A DNA stretch of 64,000 nt from Octopus sinensis (Eukaryota): NCBI RefSeq assembly GCF_006345805.1, contig NC_043018.1:5146001-5210000 (forward strand). The letters are read 5' to 3'. The first letter of the stretch is position 1, and every line of letters begins with the position of its first letter. Of the stretch, positions 24,050 through 36,425 are shown in pieces. The position numbers and the translations under genes are program-made. A model generated the notes under the pieces. The model had not been told where the DNA came from, did not search any database, and saw nothing but the letters and a program-made list of their open reading frames with translations.

Positions 24050-24797
24050 CTAGTATTTAACTGGTACTTCTTTTATCGACTCTGAAAGGATGAAAGGCAA
24101 AGTGGACCTCGGCGTCATTTGAACTCAAAACGTAAAGCCGGAAGATATGCCACGAAGCATTTTGTCCGCATTTGGTCCTTCATAATAATGGTTTCAAATT
24201 TAGCACGCCAGGCGAAATGCTTAGCGGTATTTCGTCTGCCGTTGCGTTCTGAGTTCAAATTTCGCCGAGGTCGACTTTGCCTTTCATCCTTCGGGGTCGA
24301 TTAAATAAGTACCAGTTACGCACTGGGGTCAATATAATCGACTTAATCCGTTTGTCTGTCCTTGTTTTTCCTCTCTGTGTTTAGCCCCTTGTGGGTAGTA
24401 AAGAAATAGGTATTTCGTCTGCCGTTACGTTCTGAGTTCAAATTATGCCGAGGTCGACATTGGCTTTCATTCTTTTGGGGTCGATTAAATAAGTACCAGT
24501 TACGCACAGGGGTCGATATAATCGACTTAATTCATTTTGTCTGTCCTTGTTTGTCTCCTCTATGTTTAGTCCCCTTGTGGGCAATAACGAAATAAATTAT
24601 GGTTTCAAAGTTTGGCACAAGGTAGGTTTGTGGGAGGGGGTGCATCGAGGAAATCGACCCCAGTGTTCGAATGATACACCCGAAAAGGATGAAAGGCAAA
24701 GTTGACCTCGGCGTCATTTGAACTCAGAACGTAAAGCTTCGGATAGGCCGCTATGCATTTTGTCCAGTGTGCTAACAGTTCTGCCAGCTCGCTGCCT
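24050..24797. mobile_element. Cluster of family B SINEs: minus (24050-24170), plus tandem dimer (24200-24590), minus (24600-24797)
   Basis: Unit ggtatttcgtctgccgtt starts at 24226 and 24409 (period 183); reverse copies on both sides. Confidence 0.88.
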
Positions 24798-25529
24798 TTC
24801 ATCCTGCATAAAAATAGCAACAACAAACAAACAAATAGCAGCTGCGTGAACAACAACAACAGCATTAATAGAATATACAATAACAACAACAACGAATTAC
24901 GGCAAAGAAATCATTTACAGTTTTATACACATCAATAAAACAACTTAACAAAGTCAATATATACATATATATATGTGTATACATATACATAGATATGCAT
25001 ACATACACACATAGTATACATATACATACATAATACATACATACATAATACATACATACATACATACATACATACATACATACATACATACATACATACA
25101 TACATACATACATACATACATACATACATACATACATACATACGCACGTACATACATGCATCCATACATAGATGGTGATATATGCACGTGCGTGCATATA
25201 ATCAGAAACAAAAGAAACGAGAGACGCATGTAACGCCCCCGTTCGTTACTCAAGTCAAACCATTTGGCGGTCACGTGTCAAGAATGATAATACGACTTTA
25301 TAATTGATAATTGTTAAACTGAATTATCTGTGACGAATGCTTTCTTGGGATATTATTGTATTGTCTGTCCGTGTGTCCACTTGCCTAATTTAGGCAATAT
25401 TAGATCATTCTGAATGTTATGGAACAATATTGCACGAAATTTATCTAAACAAATGACACCGTTGGCTAGCTCTTCAATGGCATCGTATAGATAGGGGTGC
25501 GACGGTGTGTCTGGCTGTGAGGTAAGGCA

Positions 25530-25640
25530 CAAGCTGGCACCGAGAGGAAGAAATTCGCTTTGCAACCGAGTGATTTCGAATTTAGTTCTACTACGCCGAT
25601 CCTTGGGCATGCGTCTTGTATTATAGCCCTGGGCTTAACA
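25530..25640 (+). mobile_element. Highly degenerate SINE family A head
   Basis: ccttgggcatgcgtcttgtattatagccctggg resembles ccttgggcaagtgtcttctactatagcctcggg. Confidence 0.5.
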
Positions 25641-25779
25641 ATGACTTTTGAGGCTGCAAAGTAGACCAGGCTCTCCTCCAACACGAAAGCGAGTTTCGTT
25701 TTTGGTCACGTAATAATTGTGGTGCTTTTCTTTAGGTTTTCGAATGTTAAGTTTGTATTGTTGGATGAATAAGACACAT

Positions 25780-26035
25780 CCCAGGTAGCAAAAGTCAGCA
25801 ACTGACTCAACCTCAGTGCCAAAATTTTCGTCTGCACCTCTGACACTGACACGGACTTTCCTTAGTCATCGAGCTTGTAGTAAGCCTCATTCTGGTGCCC
25901 CAACTAGGCATAACTTTGCACATTCGTTGAATTTCAGACGATCCAGCATCGAACTTCACCGACCTCGACTTCTCACTCGTTTCACAAACACAAATGCTCC
26001 AACTGTCCTCACAGACCTCGAATCTGCCATTAAAG
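25780..26035 (-). mobile_element. Degraded LINE RT fragment (RTE-like)
   Basis: Minus frame with stops contains EVESVADFCYLG, resembling the (I/L)EVVDxFxYLG motif C-terminal to LINE RT. Confidence 0.4.
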
Positions 26036-26143
26036 TTGCTCTCTCTTTCTCTCTCTCTTTCTCTTTCTCTCTCTCTATCTCTCTCTCTCTCTATCTCACA
26101 CATTACTTATATATAAATATATATATATTATATATATATACCA

Positions 26144-26212
<69 letters not shown>

Positions 26213-26475
26213 CATTTACACGTAGAGATATGCAAAAGCTAATATATATGTGATTATATATATGTCTGGGTGTGTGTGTATGTACATTTGTATGTATATA
26301 TACATGTGTGTATATATATATATATACATGTGTGTGGGTATGGTGGAGTGTATGTAGGTATACATATATGAACCTGTACATATATGAATGTATGTCTGTA
26401 TACATGTATGTGTGTGCATGTGTGTTTAGGTGTGCATATACATAAATATACATATATATATATAGCAGGCAAATA

Positions 26476-26521
<46 letters not shown>

Positions 26522-26649
26522 GTGTGTTTCTATGTATGTATCTATATATGCGTATGTATGCCTATATTTGTATGTATGAATGCATAATTGTAAGTACAAA
26601 GTGACAGAAATGGAAACAGCACGAAATACATCACAGTCAATGACTAAGA

Positions 26650-26846
26650 ATCGATGATGATGATGATGATGATGACGATGACGATGATGATGATGATGAT
26701 GATGGCGATTGATGATGATGATGATGATGATGAAGCCAGTGATGATAGCTATCATAAATGATGAATCTACAGGGAGCCAATGACATTTGAAGACACTCAC
26801 CAATCATCTAATTAGAAGGTCGATTTTAAAGCTAAACAATAACACC

Positions 26847-26905
<59 letters not shown>

Positions 26906-26962
26906 AGTAGTAGCAGCAGCAGCACAGCAGCAGCAGCAGTAGTAGTAGTAGTAGTAGTAGTA

Positions 26963-27033
<71 letters not shown>

Positions 27034-27040
27034 TGTTGTT
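26650..27040. repeat. (GAT)n, (AGT)n and (CAG)n microsatellites
   Basis: Direct reading of the sequence. Confidence 0.95.
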
Positions 27041-27217
27041 GCTTTGTGATTGCTTAGCCAGCAGGTCAGCTCTGGCTGGGCAACCCCAAGATGAAAAGGA
27101 ATTATTCTGAAGTCCTGAAGATAGTTCAAAACTAAAGCGGCAGAAATTTTCTGAACATAGAGTCGGCAAGAAAATGCTTTTGTTGTGACCCTATCTACAT
27201 ACGTACATACATACACA

Positions 27218-27277
<60 letters not shown>

Positions 27278-27287
27278 CACATACAAG

Positions 27288-27597
27288 TAGGCGCATGGCT
27301 CAGTGGTTAGAGCGTCGAGCTTACGATCGTGAGGTTGTGAGCTCGAATCCCGGACCGGGCTGCGTGTTGTGTTCTTGAGCAAGGCACTTTATTTCACGTT
27401 GCTCCAGTTCACTCAGCTGTAGAAATGAGTTGCGACGTCACTGGTGCCAAGCTGTGTCGACCTTTGTCTTTCCCTTGGATAACACTGGTGGCGTGGAGAG
27501 GGGAGGCTGGTATGCATGGGCGACTGCTGGTCTTCCATAAACAACCTTGCCCGGACTTGTGTCTAGGAGGGTAACTTTCTAGGTGCAATCCCATGCA
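27288..27597 (+). mobile_element. SINE family C (tRNA head + V/Meta-like core, tail type 2)
   Basis: A box tggctcagtggttag, B box agctcgaatccc, core tgtgttcttgagcaaggcactttatttcacgttgctccagttcactcagctg, tail accttgcccggacttg...gtgcaatcccatg. Confidence 0.88.
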
Positions 27598-27764
27598 TTT
27601 ATATATAATTTACACACACACACATACAGGGCATTGTGGGTAAATATGACAATTATTTTCAGTAACACATTGGTGTACGGGGAAATAGTCAGCGGAACTG
27701 GAGAGTATGAATTTTATGTTGTAGTTGAGGAAAATCTGACATGAAGAACTAAAAGCCATCCGAA

Positions 27765-27962
27765 TATTGATTTCAAAATCTGGCACAAGGCCAGCAATTT
27801 CGGGGGAAAGAGTAAGTCAATGAAATCAACACTACTATTCAACTAGTACTTATCAAACCCGAAATGATGAATGACAACGTCGACCTCGGCGGAATTTGAA
27901 CTCAAAACGAAATGTCACTAAGCATTTTGCCCGAAATGCTGAGAATTCTGTCAGCTGCCTCC
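27765..27962 (-). mobile_element. SINE family B
   Basis: gtcgacctcggcggaatttgaactcaaaacg motif and tggcacaaggccagcaattt tail. Confidence 0.8.
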
Positions 27963-28189
27963 TGAAGCCATCTCAGTCTTCGAAAAGAGTTACTGTGCCA
28001 TGATGATTTGCTCCGGGTATGAAAAGGCGGACAGCACGACTGCTTCTTAATGATTTCTGAACACTGTGAAGGTCGTAATATGTTACATTGACAGCTGCAA
28101 CAGAGACTACAAAAGCGTAGCCAGCAGGGGCGGAGGGGGGGGGACACAGTAGGCAATCTGAATTCATCCGCACGTCGGGATTCATCCCA

Positions 28190-28457
28190 GTATGTTTAAA
28201 CAGGGCCTTAGGTTCATTTCAGACGGCTATATGAAGCTACTAGACAGTGGTCAATCCCTGACTGGAACAGGTGACTGCTGGAAGGACATATGTGTGGCAG
28301 AAGGATATGGCTCTTTGCCATTCCTCCAGAAAAAGTCAGAGGTGTTCATCAGAGAATTTCTACGATTTCACCATTCCATAATTTCTGGCTTCCTAATTCT
28401 ACCAATTGTAATCCCATGGATTAATATGTGCGGGGGGCACTTGGGAAAGGCACCAAC

Positions 28458-28460
<3 letters not shown>
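28190..28460 (+). mobile_element. Degraded maT (DD37D-like) transposase fragment
   Basis: With frameshifts: FKQGLR..., GRTYVWQKD, SENFYDF, W(L)PNSTNCNPMD, paralleling QGLRVNS/GRPYVFQ/WPPNSP in the 47586 element. Confidence 0.6.
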
Positions 28461-28504
<44 letters not shown>

Positions 28505-28966
28505 CCCCTCTCTCTCTCTCTTACTATCTCTCTCTTTCTTCCTCTCCCTCGCTGATATTTTTTGATTATTTTTAATGGCTTTTATTTTTCGATGCTATGT
28601 TGTACTTTATTTTCCTTTTATGGAAACTCTCTCATTTGGCCCGACCATTCATTACACTTTATTTTAATTCGATCTTTATACTCTCGATGTTTGTATAACA
28701 TATATATACTCAACGCATGTATATCTTTATACACACAGATATACATGCGTATAAATAGGATACTAATCCCACTAATGGCTGTAGGTAGAGATAGAGAGAG
28801 AGAGAGAGAGAGAGATACAATTGTAGAGTACAGATTTGTGTCGCCTGCAGCTCGCATGTCCTCTCTTTCTCTGTGCTCTCTCTCTCTATCTGATATACAC
28901 TCGCTCTACCTCTCTCTTCTTCTCACTCTCTCATCGTCTCTGTCTCTCCTTCTCTCTCTGTCTTCC

Positions 28967-29027
<61 letters not shown>

Positions 29028-29439
29028 ACATTTGTGTCACAGAGTTACCAATTAGTTTATTACTAAGCACACATAGTAATAAATTATCCTATCTCGCACG
29101 CGCGCACTCACATACACACACATATACAGACGCGCACAAGCATACTCATAGATTCATACACACAGAGGCAAGCAGGAACATATATAGACACACAAACACG
29201 AGCACACAGACATACAAACTCATGCACGCACACACACACACACACACACACAGGACGCGCGCGCGCACGAACAGAGTCTTTTGCTCCCGGACAATGAACT
29301 GGCACCAAAAGAGTCTCACCGGATCCAAAATTAGTGTGACTGTCACAAGACTTTTACGTAAGATCAAACATACGCACGGATCGATCCTTGATCGACTGAA
29401 TGAACACTTGCAAGTATAGAGAAAAAATATCACGTTGAG

Positions 29440-29620
29440 GTTGGAGGACCAAGCTGGGTTCTTCTACAAAAACGGTCTCCAGAGCCGCATCAAACGATGG
29501 GAGAAATGCGTAACTCTGGGTGGTTCCTATGTAGAAACAGACTAATAACTGTGCCAAGTTTCGTTGCTCTACTGCTATGGGAAGTGGGTCAGGGCCATTA
29601 CTTATTGAACGCCCCTTGTA
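29440..29620 (+). mobile_element. Mariner 3' end with TIR
   Basis: LEDQAGFFYKNGLQSRIKRWEKCVTLGGSYVETD*, followed by the mariner-like terminus cattacttattgaacgccccttg-TA. Confidence 0.8.
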
Positions 29621-30042
29621 CCTCTACACAAGAAACATACATACATTGTGTGTGTGTGTGAGGGAGAGAGAAAGATCATCCTATTGGATCATCCTATAAA
29701 TAATGCAGCTTTTTATACTTCTTTTTCAAAATAAAGATAAATAAAGTTCTTTTTTAATCTAAAATATTCTCTCCTTCATTTTCATTCAAATTTTACACCT
29801 ACACTACTTTGGGTCTATGCAATATCATGTGCCAAAAATAACTTTCAACTTCTTGCCTAATGTGAGTCCGAAGCGATCTCTTAGACTGCTTCGGTATTAC
29901 GCGTCGAAAATGAAACAATAACATCTCTATTGTAAAGTGAGATAATAGTTTCAGTTTTAATACTTTCACTATTAATAGTGAAACTATTAAAGGTGGCACT
30001 ATTATTTCATACTACAGATATACACGCATATATATATATATA

Positions 30043-30672
30043 CTAGCAGTATCGCCCGGCGTTGCTCGGGTTTGTAAGGGAAATAACTATATAAGCATTT
30101 TAGAGAGTATAGCCAAAAAATAGCAAAAAATGCATTAAAATGGAAAAAATATGATGGTAAATTTTTTGAAAAATCGTTGACTCATCGTAGACATTTTAGA
30201 GAGTTACTTCCCTTATATAATAGCGAAAAAATGCATTAAAATGGAAAAAAACGATGGTAAATTTTTTTTTAAATCGTAGACTCATGTGACGATTTTCTTT
30301 AGCCATTTCTGTTTTGGTGTCTTCAAGCCATGAAGGTCGTTGTTCTAAAAGAACACTGGTCTCCTTGACAACGCATTACGACGTTGATTCCTTACACTCC
30401 CTTCCCCACAGGTGCAGGTGTGAGCGTGGACGCCACTCCGCCGCCATCGACACACGAAAAATTATGCATTAAAATGGAATAAAAAATGATGTTAAATTAT
30501 TTTAAAATCGTAGACTCATCGTAGACGCGCGCTAATATTCAGACGGGCTCGATATGAATCACGACTATAAGCTACCCGAATTTGGTGAAACTGCACCGCA
30601 AAATGTGGAGTAGTTAGGAATCTAAATCGAAGGGGACAGACACTCACACAACTACAGTTTTATATATATAGA
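30043..30672 (-). mobile_element. Non-autonomous Helitron
   Basis: Minus strand A|TCTATATATATAAAACTGTAG...CCCGAGCAACGCCGGG(hairpin, 30055-30070)CGATACTG-CTAG|T: canonical 5'-TC, 3'-CTAG, subterminal hairpin and A^T target; three internal subrepeats. Confidence 0.88.
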
Positions 30673-30689
30673 TATACATAGCGCAGTAG

Positions 30690-31030
30690 TGGTGAGATTG
30701 TGTGACAGCAAGAAAAGCATACATTCACTCTCTGCATGCAATTAGACTCGGAAAGTTCGTGAGGAACCCATTAACCCAATTTGCTGAACTTTTCCGATAG
30801 CACACAGGTCTCAATGAATGGTTGAATGACCAAATCCAAGCTTCTCTGCTAGTTCCTAAACAGTTACGATGAGATTTTGTTCCACCAGGGTTTTCAGGAT
30901 GTCCTTGTCGAGTTCTACAGATCTTTCAGGATGAGGCTCGTCTTCTAGGCTGTAGTTTATGGCTCGGGATTTCTGGAACCACCATTGACACTGCCTTACG
31001 CTTATTGTCAATCCCCATATACTGCATTAA
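30690..31030 (-). mobile_element. Mariner transposase N-terminal fragment
   Basis: RWFQKSRAINYSLEDEPHPERSVELDKDILKTLVEQN...ELAEKLGFGHSTI, then WVPHELSESN after a frameshift. Confidence 0.85.
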
Positions 31031-32005
31031 TATTTCTTGTACTTTGCACACATTTATATTCTGTTATTCTTTTATATGTTCAGCCTTGAGGTTGTGGCCA
31101 TGCTGGATCATGTGTGTGTGTGTGTTGTGTGGTGTGTCTATCTGTCTGTCTGTCTGTATGTATATATGTATATGTATGTGTTGAACAACATAATATTTTC
31201 AAAGATGGTTGCAAATGTATCTGATTGTTCTCAAGCTTCAATACTGTTGTGTGTGTATGTGCGTGTGTGTATGTATGTATGTATATGTATGTATGATGTA
31301 TGTATATGTATGTATGTATGTATGTGTGTTGTATATGGTGTGTGTATGTATGTGTGTATGTGTGTGTGTGGTATGTATGTATGTATGTATGTATGATGTA
31401 TGTATGTATGTATGTATGTATGTATGAGTGTATGTTACTTTATTTCTAACACAAGCCACTACCGTTATTTAAGTTAAAGTCTTCCTCAAATCACTCTCTC
31501 TCTCTCTCGCTATTACCTCTCTTCCAAGAACATTTTCACCACTTTAGCTTCACATACATTTAACTCATGTATCTATCAGCGTCATAGACAGAATACTTTC
31601 AGTTTAGTCTTCCTCAAATCACTCGGTCGCTATTTACTTTCATTTATTCGTTGCACACTGTGTGTGTGCGTTTGCGTGTGGTGTAAACCAGACTAAGAAA
31701 AGCATTTGACACACACACCAGAATGTGAGTTTTCTGTAAATTTTGCTTAATTGGAGTTTAAATTTAAAAACTGGACCTGGCATGACGCGATGCATTGTAC
31801 TCTTAAAAATGCTAGGTAAATTGTAATGAAGAAATCCTATATTGTAGATTTGTATAACTCCCAAAGCCCAACAAAGGGAGGCAGATAAAATATGCCTTTA
31901 TAATAATATATATATATATATATATAATATATATATATATAATATTATGTATATATACATTAATTGTGTATGTATACATGTATGCATGTATATATGTGGT
32001 ATATA

Positions 32006-32046
<41 letters not shown>

Positions 32047-32214
32047 TATATATATATGTATGTATGTATATAGATGTATATAAATAGATTATATGTATGA
32101 TGATATATATATATAGAGAGAGAGAGAAAGAGATTTACATGTATATATATGGATATCATATACGTAAACTGAAAGAAGACTGTTGTATGTACGTGTATAT
32201 TTGTGTGTGTGTCT

Positions 32215-32405
32215 GTCTGTGTTTTTTACCCCCACCATCGCTTCACAACCGATGTTACTGTGTTTACGTTCCCGTAACTTAGATGTTTGGCCAAACATAC
32301 CGATAGAATAAGTATTCGGCGTACAAAGAATAAATCCTGGGCTCGATTTTACGACTAAATGCGGTGCTCCAGCATGGCCGCAGTCACATAACCGAAACAA
32401 GTAAA
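32215..32405 (+). mobile_element. SINE family A, 3' half
   Basis: gtttacgttcccgtaacttag...gcggtgctccagcatggccgcagtcacataaccgaaacaagt. Confidence 0.85.
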
Positions 32406-32494
32406 ACAATAATAAACTATGCCATTTTAATCTCGTACGCCGGGTATTTCTGCTAGTGTGTCTATATATATATATATATAATATACTCTCTTTT

Positions 32495-32690
32495 TTTTTT
32501 TTACTTGTTTCAGTCATTTGACTGCGACCATGCTGGAGCACCACCTTTAATCGAGCAACTCGATCCCGGGACTTATTCTTTGTAAGCCCAGTACTTATTC
32601 TATCGGTCTCTTTTGCCGAACCGCTAAGTGACGGGGACGTAAACACACCAGCATCGGTTGCCAAGCAATGCTAGGGGGACAAACACAGAC

Positions 32691-32726
<36 letters not shown>

Positions 32727-32865
32727 ATACGACAGGCTTCTTTCAGTTTCCGTCTACCAAATCCACTCACAAGGCCTTGGTCGGCCCGGGGCTATAGCAG
32801 AAGACTGAACCCGGAACCATGTGGTTGGTTAGCAAGCTACTTACCACACAGCCACTCCTGCGCCT
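32495..32865 (-). mobile_element. SINE family A, young subfamily
   Basis: Close match to 168-586 and 53745-54135. Confidence 0.9.
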
Positions 32866-34019
32866 CAACATATATATATATATATATTGAGTGTTTTCTA
32901 CTGCTTGCGTGGAAAATCAGAAAAATTCACATTATTCATCGTTTAATGTTTCTTCTTTTTTATTTTATTTCGTATTATCTTTTTTTATCGCCCTGCACGA
33001 GATAATCCATTTTAGCTTTTTAAACTCCATTTAATATTACTAACACCCACTTGGCGAGTGGATAATATCTGAGAATGATTTAATAGTTATCGTTGGTTAA
33101 TCTAATGGTGATAAGAGGTACAGCTGGCTGGAATTGTAGGGTGTCAAGTCTAAAAGGGAAAGACGACGAGATAGGAAGAGAGAGAAAGAGAGGGGGGGTC
33201 AACGCGTTAGAAATAACCGTGCAATCTCTCTTAGAATAAACTCTACTCGACTGAGAAGGCAGACAAACATTCTGTTAAGATTTTAGGTATCGTTTTTTTT
33301 CAGTTGATTGTTAGTGAGAGCGATTCCATTACACATATAATCTCGAGAGAATGAAGAATCAACCCCAGTATATGACTGGTATTTTATTTATCAAAGCAAG
33401 AAGGTGTGTCACTGCTTGTTATGAAACTGGTTAACTCTACCCGGATTTGAGATCAGCGGGATCAGAAATATTATGGTAGTGATCATGAAGGCCGCCATGA
33501 GGTTCCCTCTCCGACGCTCGACCAATTATTTCCACCCGAATAACGAACTTTGTCTCACTCATTGAGATCACTGGACATGCTAGAAAGAGCAACCAAATTT
33601 TTCTCAAAATACGCGCCAAGATAAAACCATGAACCAACGTTCGATCTCCTAAGAATATCACCCAAACCTTCCCTCATATCAACGATTTACCATCTTTAAA
33701 ACAAAAATAAGAAGGAAAACATATTCAGTAAAATAGTCCTAAGTGTCAGAACAAGTGCCAAGTAGGTCAGGAAGGGAACGCCTTTGATCATAGGTCTGCT
33801 CTGCATATATTAATCTGGAGCTTAACACCACTACCAACATAAAAAAATGGAAGATTAATGAGGATAAGTAATCTACAGTGAGATGAAAACTAACAAGCGA
33901 AAAACGCAATGTCATGTCTGGGTTGTCTTTGGCCTTACATTTTAGTTCTGTTAACTCGAAAAGGGCTTGGCCTAGGGCTGAATAACTGCATCTTTCAAAT
34001 TTCTAGTTACTTTTTATAT

Positions 34020-34250
34020 TGGTCTCAAATTTTGGTTCAAGGTTGCAATTTGAGAGGGGGGGGCAAGTCGATTAAATCTACTCCAGTACATAACTGGTAC
34101 TTCATTTTTATCACCACCACCCCCCGCCCAAAGGATGAAAGGTAAAGTCAACTCCGGCGGAATTTGAACTCAGAACATAAAATCGCAAGAAAAGTCACTA
34201 AACATTTTCCCAGGTTTGCTAACGACTCTCCCAACTCATCGCCACCTTAA
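34020..34250 (-). mobile_element. SINE family B
   Basis: aaggatgaaaggtaaagtcaactccggcggaatttgaactcagaac. Confidence 0.8.
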
Positions 34251-34744
34251 TTACTTCTTATATTAGTAATTGCAGTATTAATGTCGTGAATTTGGAGAAA
34301 TTAAATTATAAGGAAGCTATATATATTTCTAGCATATATTTTTAAACATCTCTGTGGATATAAATTGCATTAGAAACCTAGTATTAATAACATTAGCTCG
34401 GGTGGAGTATGTGTAATATTACAGAATTTATTTTCGTCTCTATTTGATATTTGTATTCATAAACGCATTCATCTGTGTGTTAGATATTGTGGGTCTTAAC
34501 TGTGTGTGGTATATGGAGGTAGGTGTATAGAGACTTCAGGCGTAGGCGGGGCTGTGTGACTCACAAGTTTCCGTATGTATTTAGTTTGGGTCAGTTATTA
34601 TAGCCACCGATCTATTACTGGAGAATGGATTATATAATATATATATACGTATATATATAATATACATATACATACATATATATATATATATATACATATA
34701 TATGTGTGTGTGTGTGTATTTCTAAACATATATATACATATAGG

Positions 34745-35130
34745 TGGAGGCGTGTGTGTGGATTCCGAGTTCAGATTCTTGCGTGGCACCTTGGGCAGGT
34801 GTCTTCTACTATAGCCTAGGGCCGACCAAAGCTTTGTGAGTGGATTTGGTAGACGGAAACTGAAAGAAGCGCCTCGTATGTATGTATATGTATGTGTGAG
34901 TGTGTGTGTGTCTTTGTCTGTGTTTGTCACCCACCCTATCACTACTTGACAACGGGTGTTGATGAGTCTGCGTCCCCGTAACTTAGCGGTTCAGCTAAAG
35001 AGACTGATAGAATAAGTACTAGTACTTTAAAAATAAGTCTTGAGGTCGATTTGTTCGACTAAAACACTTCAAGACGGTGCTCCAGCATGGCCGCAGTTAA
35101 ATGACTGAAACAAGTAAAAGAATAAAAGAA
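34745..35130 (+). mobile_element. SINE family A
   Basis: gtggcaccttgggcaggtgtcttctactatagcc...cggtgctccagcatggccgcagttaaatgactgaaacaagtaaaag. Confidence 0.88.
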
Positions 35131-35337
35131 TGTATACACGTACCTTTCCGTGTTTTACTATATACGCATGTAATATATAGGCACGTGCGTGTGCGTTGCT
35201 ATGTATGCGCCTGTTTGTATAAAACATTGGGTTAAACTTTGCCTTTTGAAATCCAGTTCCTGAGAAACATTCTCTTTAAACGTGTTTCCAATTTAAAAAT
35301 GAAGACAAATTATGAGAATTCTAATTGGATGAAGAAC

Positions 35338-35820
35338 TTCAGGCATGGCTGTGTGTTAACAAGCTTACTTCCCAACCACATGGTTCCGGGTTCAGTCTCA
35401 CTGCATAGAACCTTGGGCAAGTGTCTTCTATTATAGCCTCAGGCCGATCAAAACCCTGTGAGTGACTTTGGTAGACAGAAACTAAAAGAAGACTGTCGTA
35501 AATATGTATATGTATATATTTATGTGTGTATGTCTTTGTATCTGTGTGTGCCCCACCACCACCACCATAACCTGACAACCGATGTTGGTGTGTTGACGTC
35601 CCGGTAAATTAGCGCTTCGGTTCGGCAAAAGACACCGATAGAATAAGTACTAGGTTTACAAAGAATTTGTCCTTGGGGCCGATTTCTTCGACTCAAAGCA
35701 TTTTAAGGCGGTGTTCCAGCTTGGGCGTAGTCAGATGACTGGAACAAGTAAAAGAATATAAGAATAAAAGAATAAAAGAATATAAGAATAAAAGAATAAA
35801 AGAATAAAAGAATAAAATAA
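35338..35820 (+). mobile_element. SINE family A with expanded (AAGAATA/TAAAAGAA)n tail
   Basis: Head ggcatggctgtgtgttaacaagcttacttcccaaccacatggttccgggttcagt; repeated tail at 35750-35820. Confidence 0.88.
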
Positions 35821-35949
35821 CTTGCCAATGTAGTTTGGAATGGTTCAGATTTTTGACGCATGTTTCGTTCTTATTAGAACTTCTCAGGGGAGCCTATACC
35901 GTGCAACTGGCGAGGTTAATAGCGATCAATATATGCGTGCGCGCGTATG

Positions 35950-36140
35950 AAGGCGGCGAGCTGGCAGAATCGTTGGCCCGCCAGGCGAAATGTTTAGCAG
36001 CATTTGTTTGCACATTCTGAGTTCAAATCCTACCGAGATCAACTTTTCTTTTCAATCTTTCTGGGCCGATAAATCAATTGCGCACAGGGTGTCGATGTTA
36101 TTGACCAGCCCCGAAAATACTGGCCTTTTGCAATAGTTTG
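35950..36140 (+). mobile_element. SINE family B
   Basis: ggcggcgagctggcagaatcgttggcccgccaggcgaaatg...ttctgagttcaaatcc. Confidence 0.82.
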
Positions 36141-36192
36141 AAATCGATATATGCGTATTCATATAGACAAATGAGTGGTATATATATTATAC

Positions 36193-36248
<56 letters not shown>

Positions 36249-36259
36249 TATATATATAT

Positions 36260-36325
36260 AAAGGGAAACTTTACGAAAAAAACAAAAGACGAAGGCAGGT
36301 GGTGTACAACAAACAGATGTATGTA

Positions 36326-36330
<5 letters not shown>
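36260..36330. mobile_element. Fragment of the PLE-terminal repeat seen at 47310-47490
   Basis: aaaacaaaagacgaaggcaggtggtgtacaacaaacagatgta matches 47330-47375; set in (TA)n. Confidence 0.6.
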
Positions 36331-36363
<33 letters not shown>

Positions 36364-36425
36364 CCCGGTTGAGTCGGGATTAATCCACAGTAAATAAGGT
36401 ACTCAATACATAGCAGAGTAAATTA

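Noticed and set aside
24200-24590. CRISPR-like or other prokaryotic repeat array
   Set aside because: The repeats are SINE units or microsatellites without unique spacers; the window is eukaryotic and no cas genes are present.
27288-27360. tRNA gene candidates (also 39605-39680 and the SINE-A heads)
   Set aside because: A and B boxes are present but continue directly into SINE bodies, with no complete cloverleaf; treated as SINE heads.
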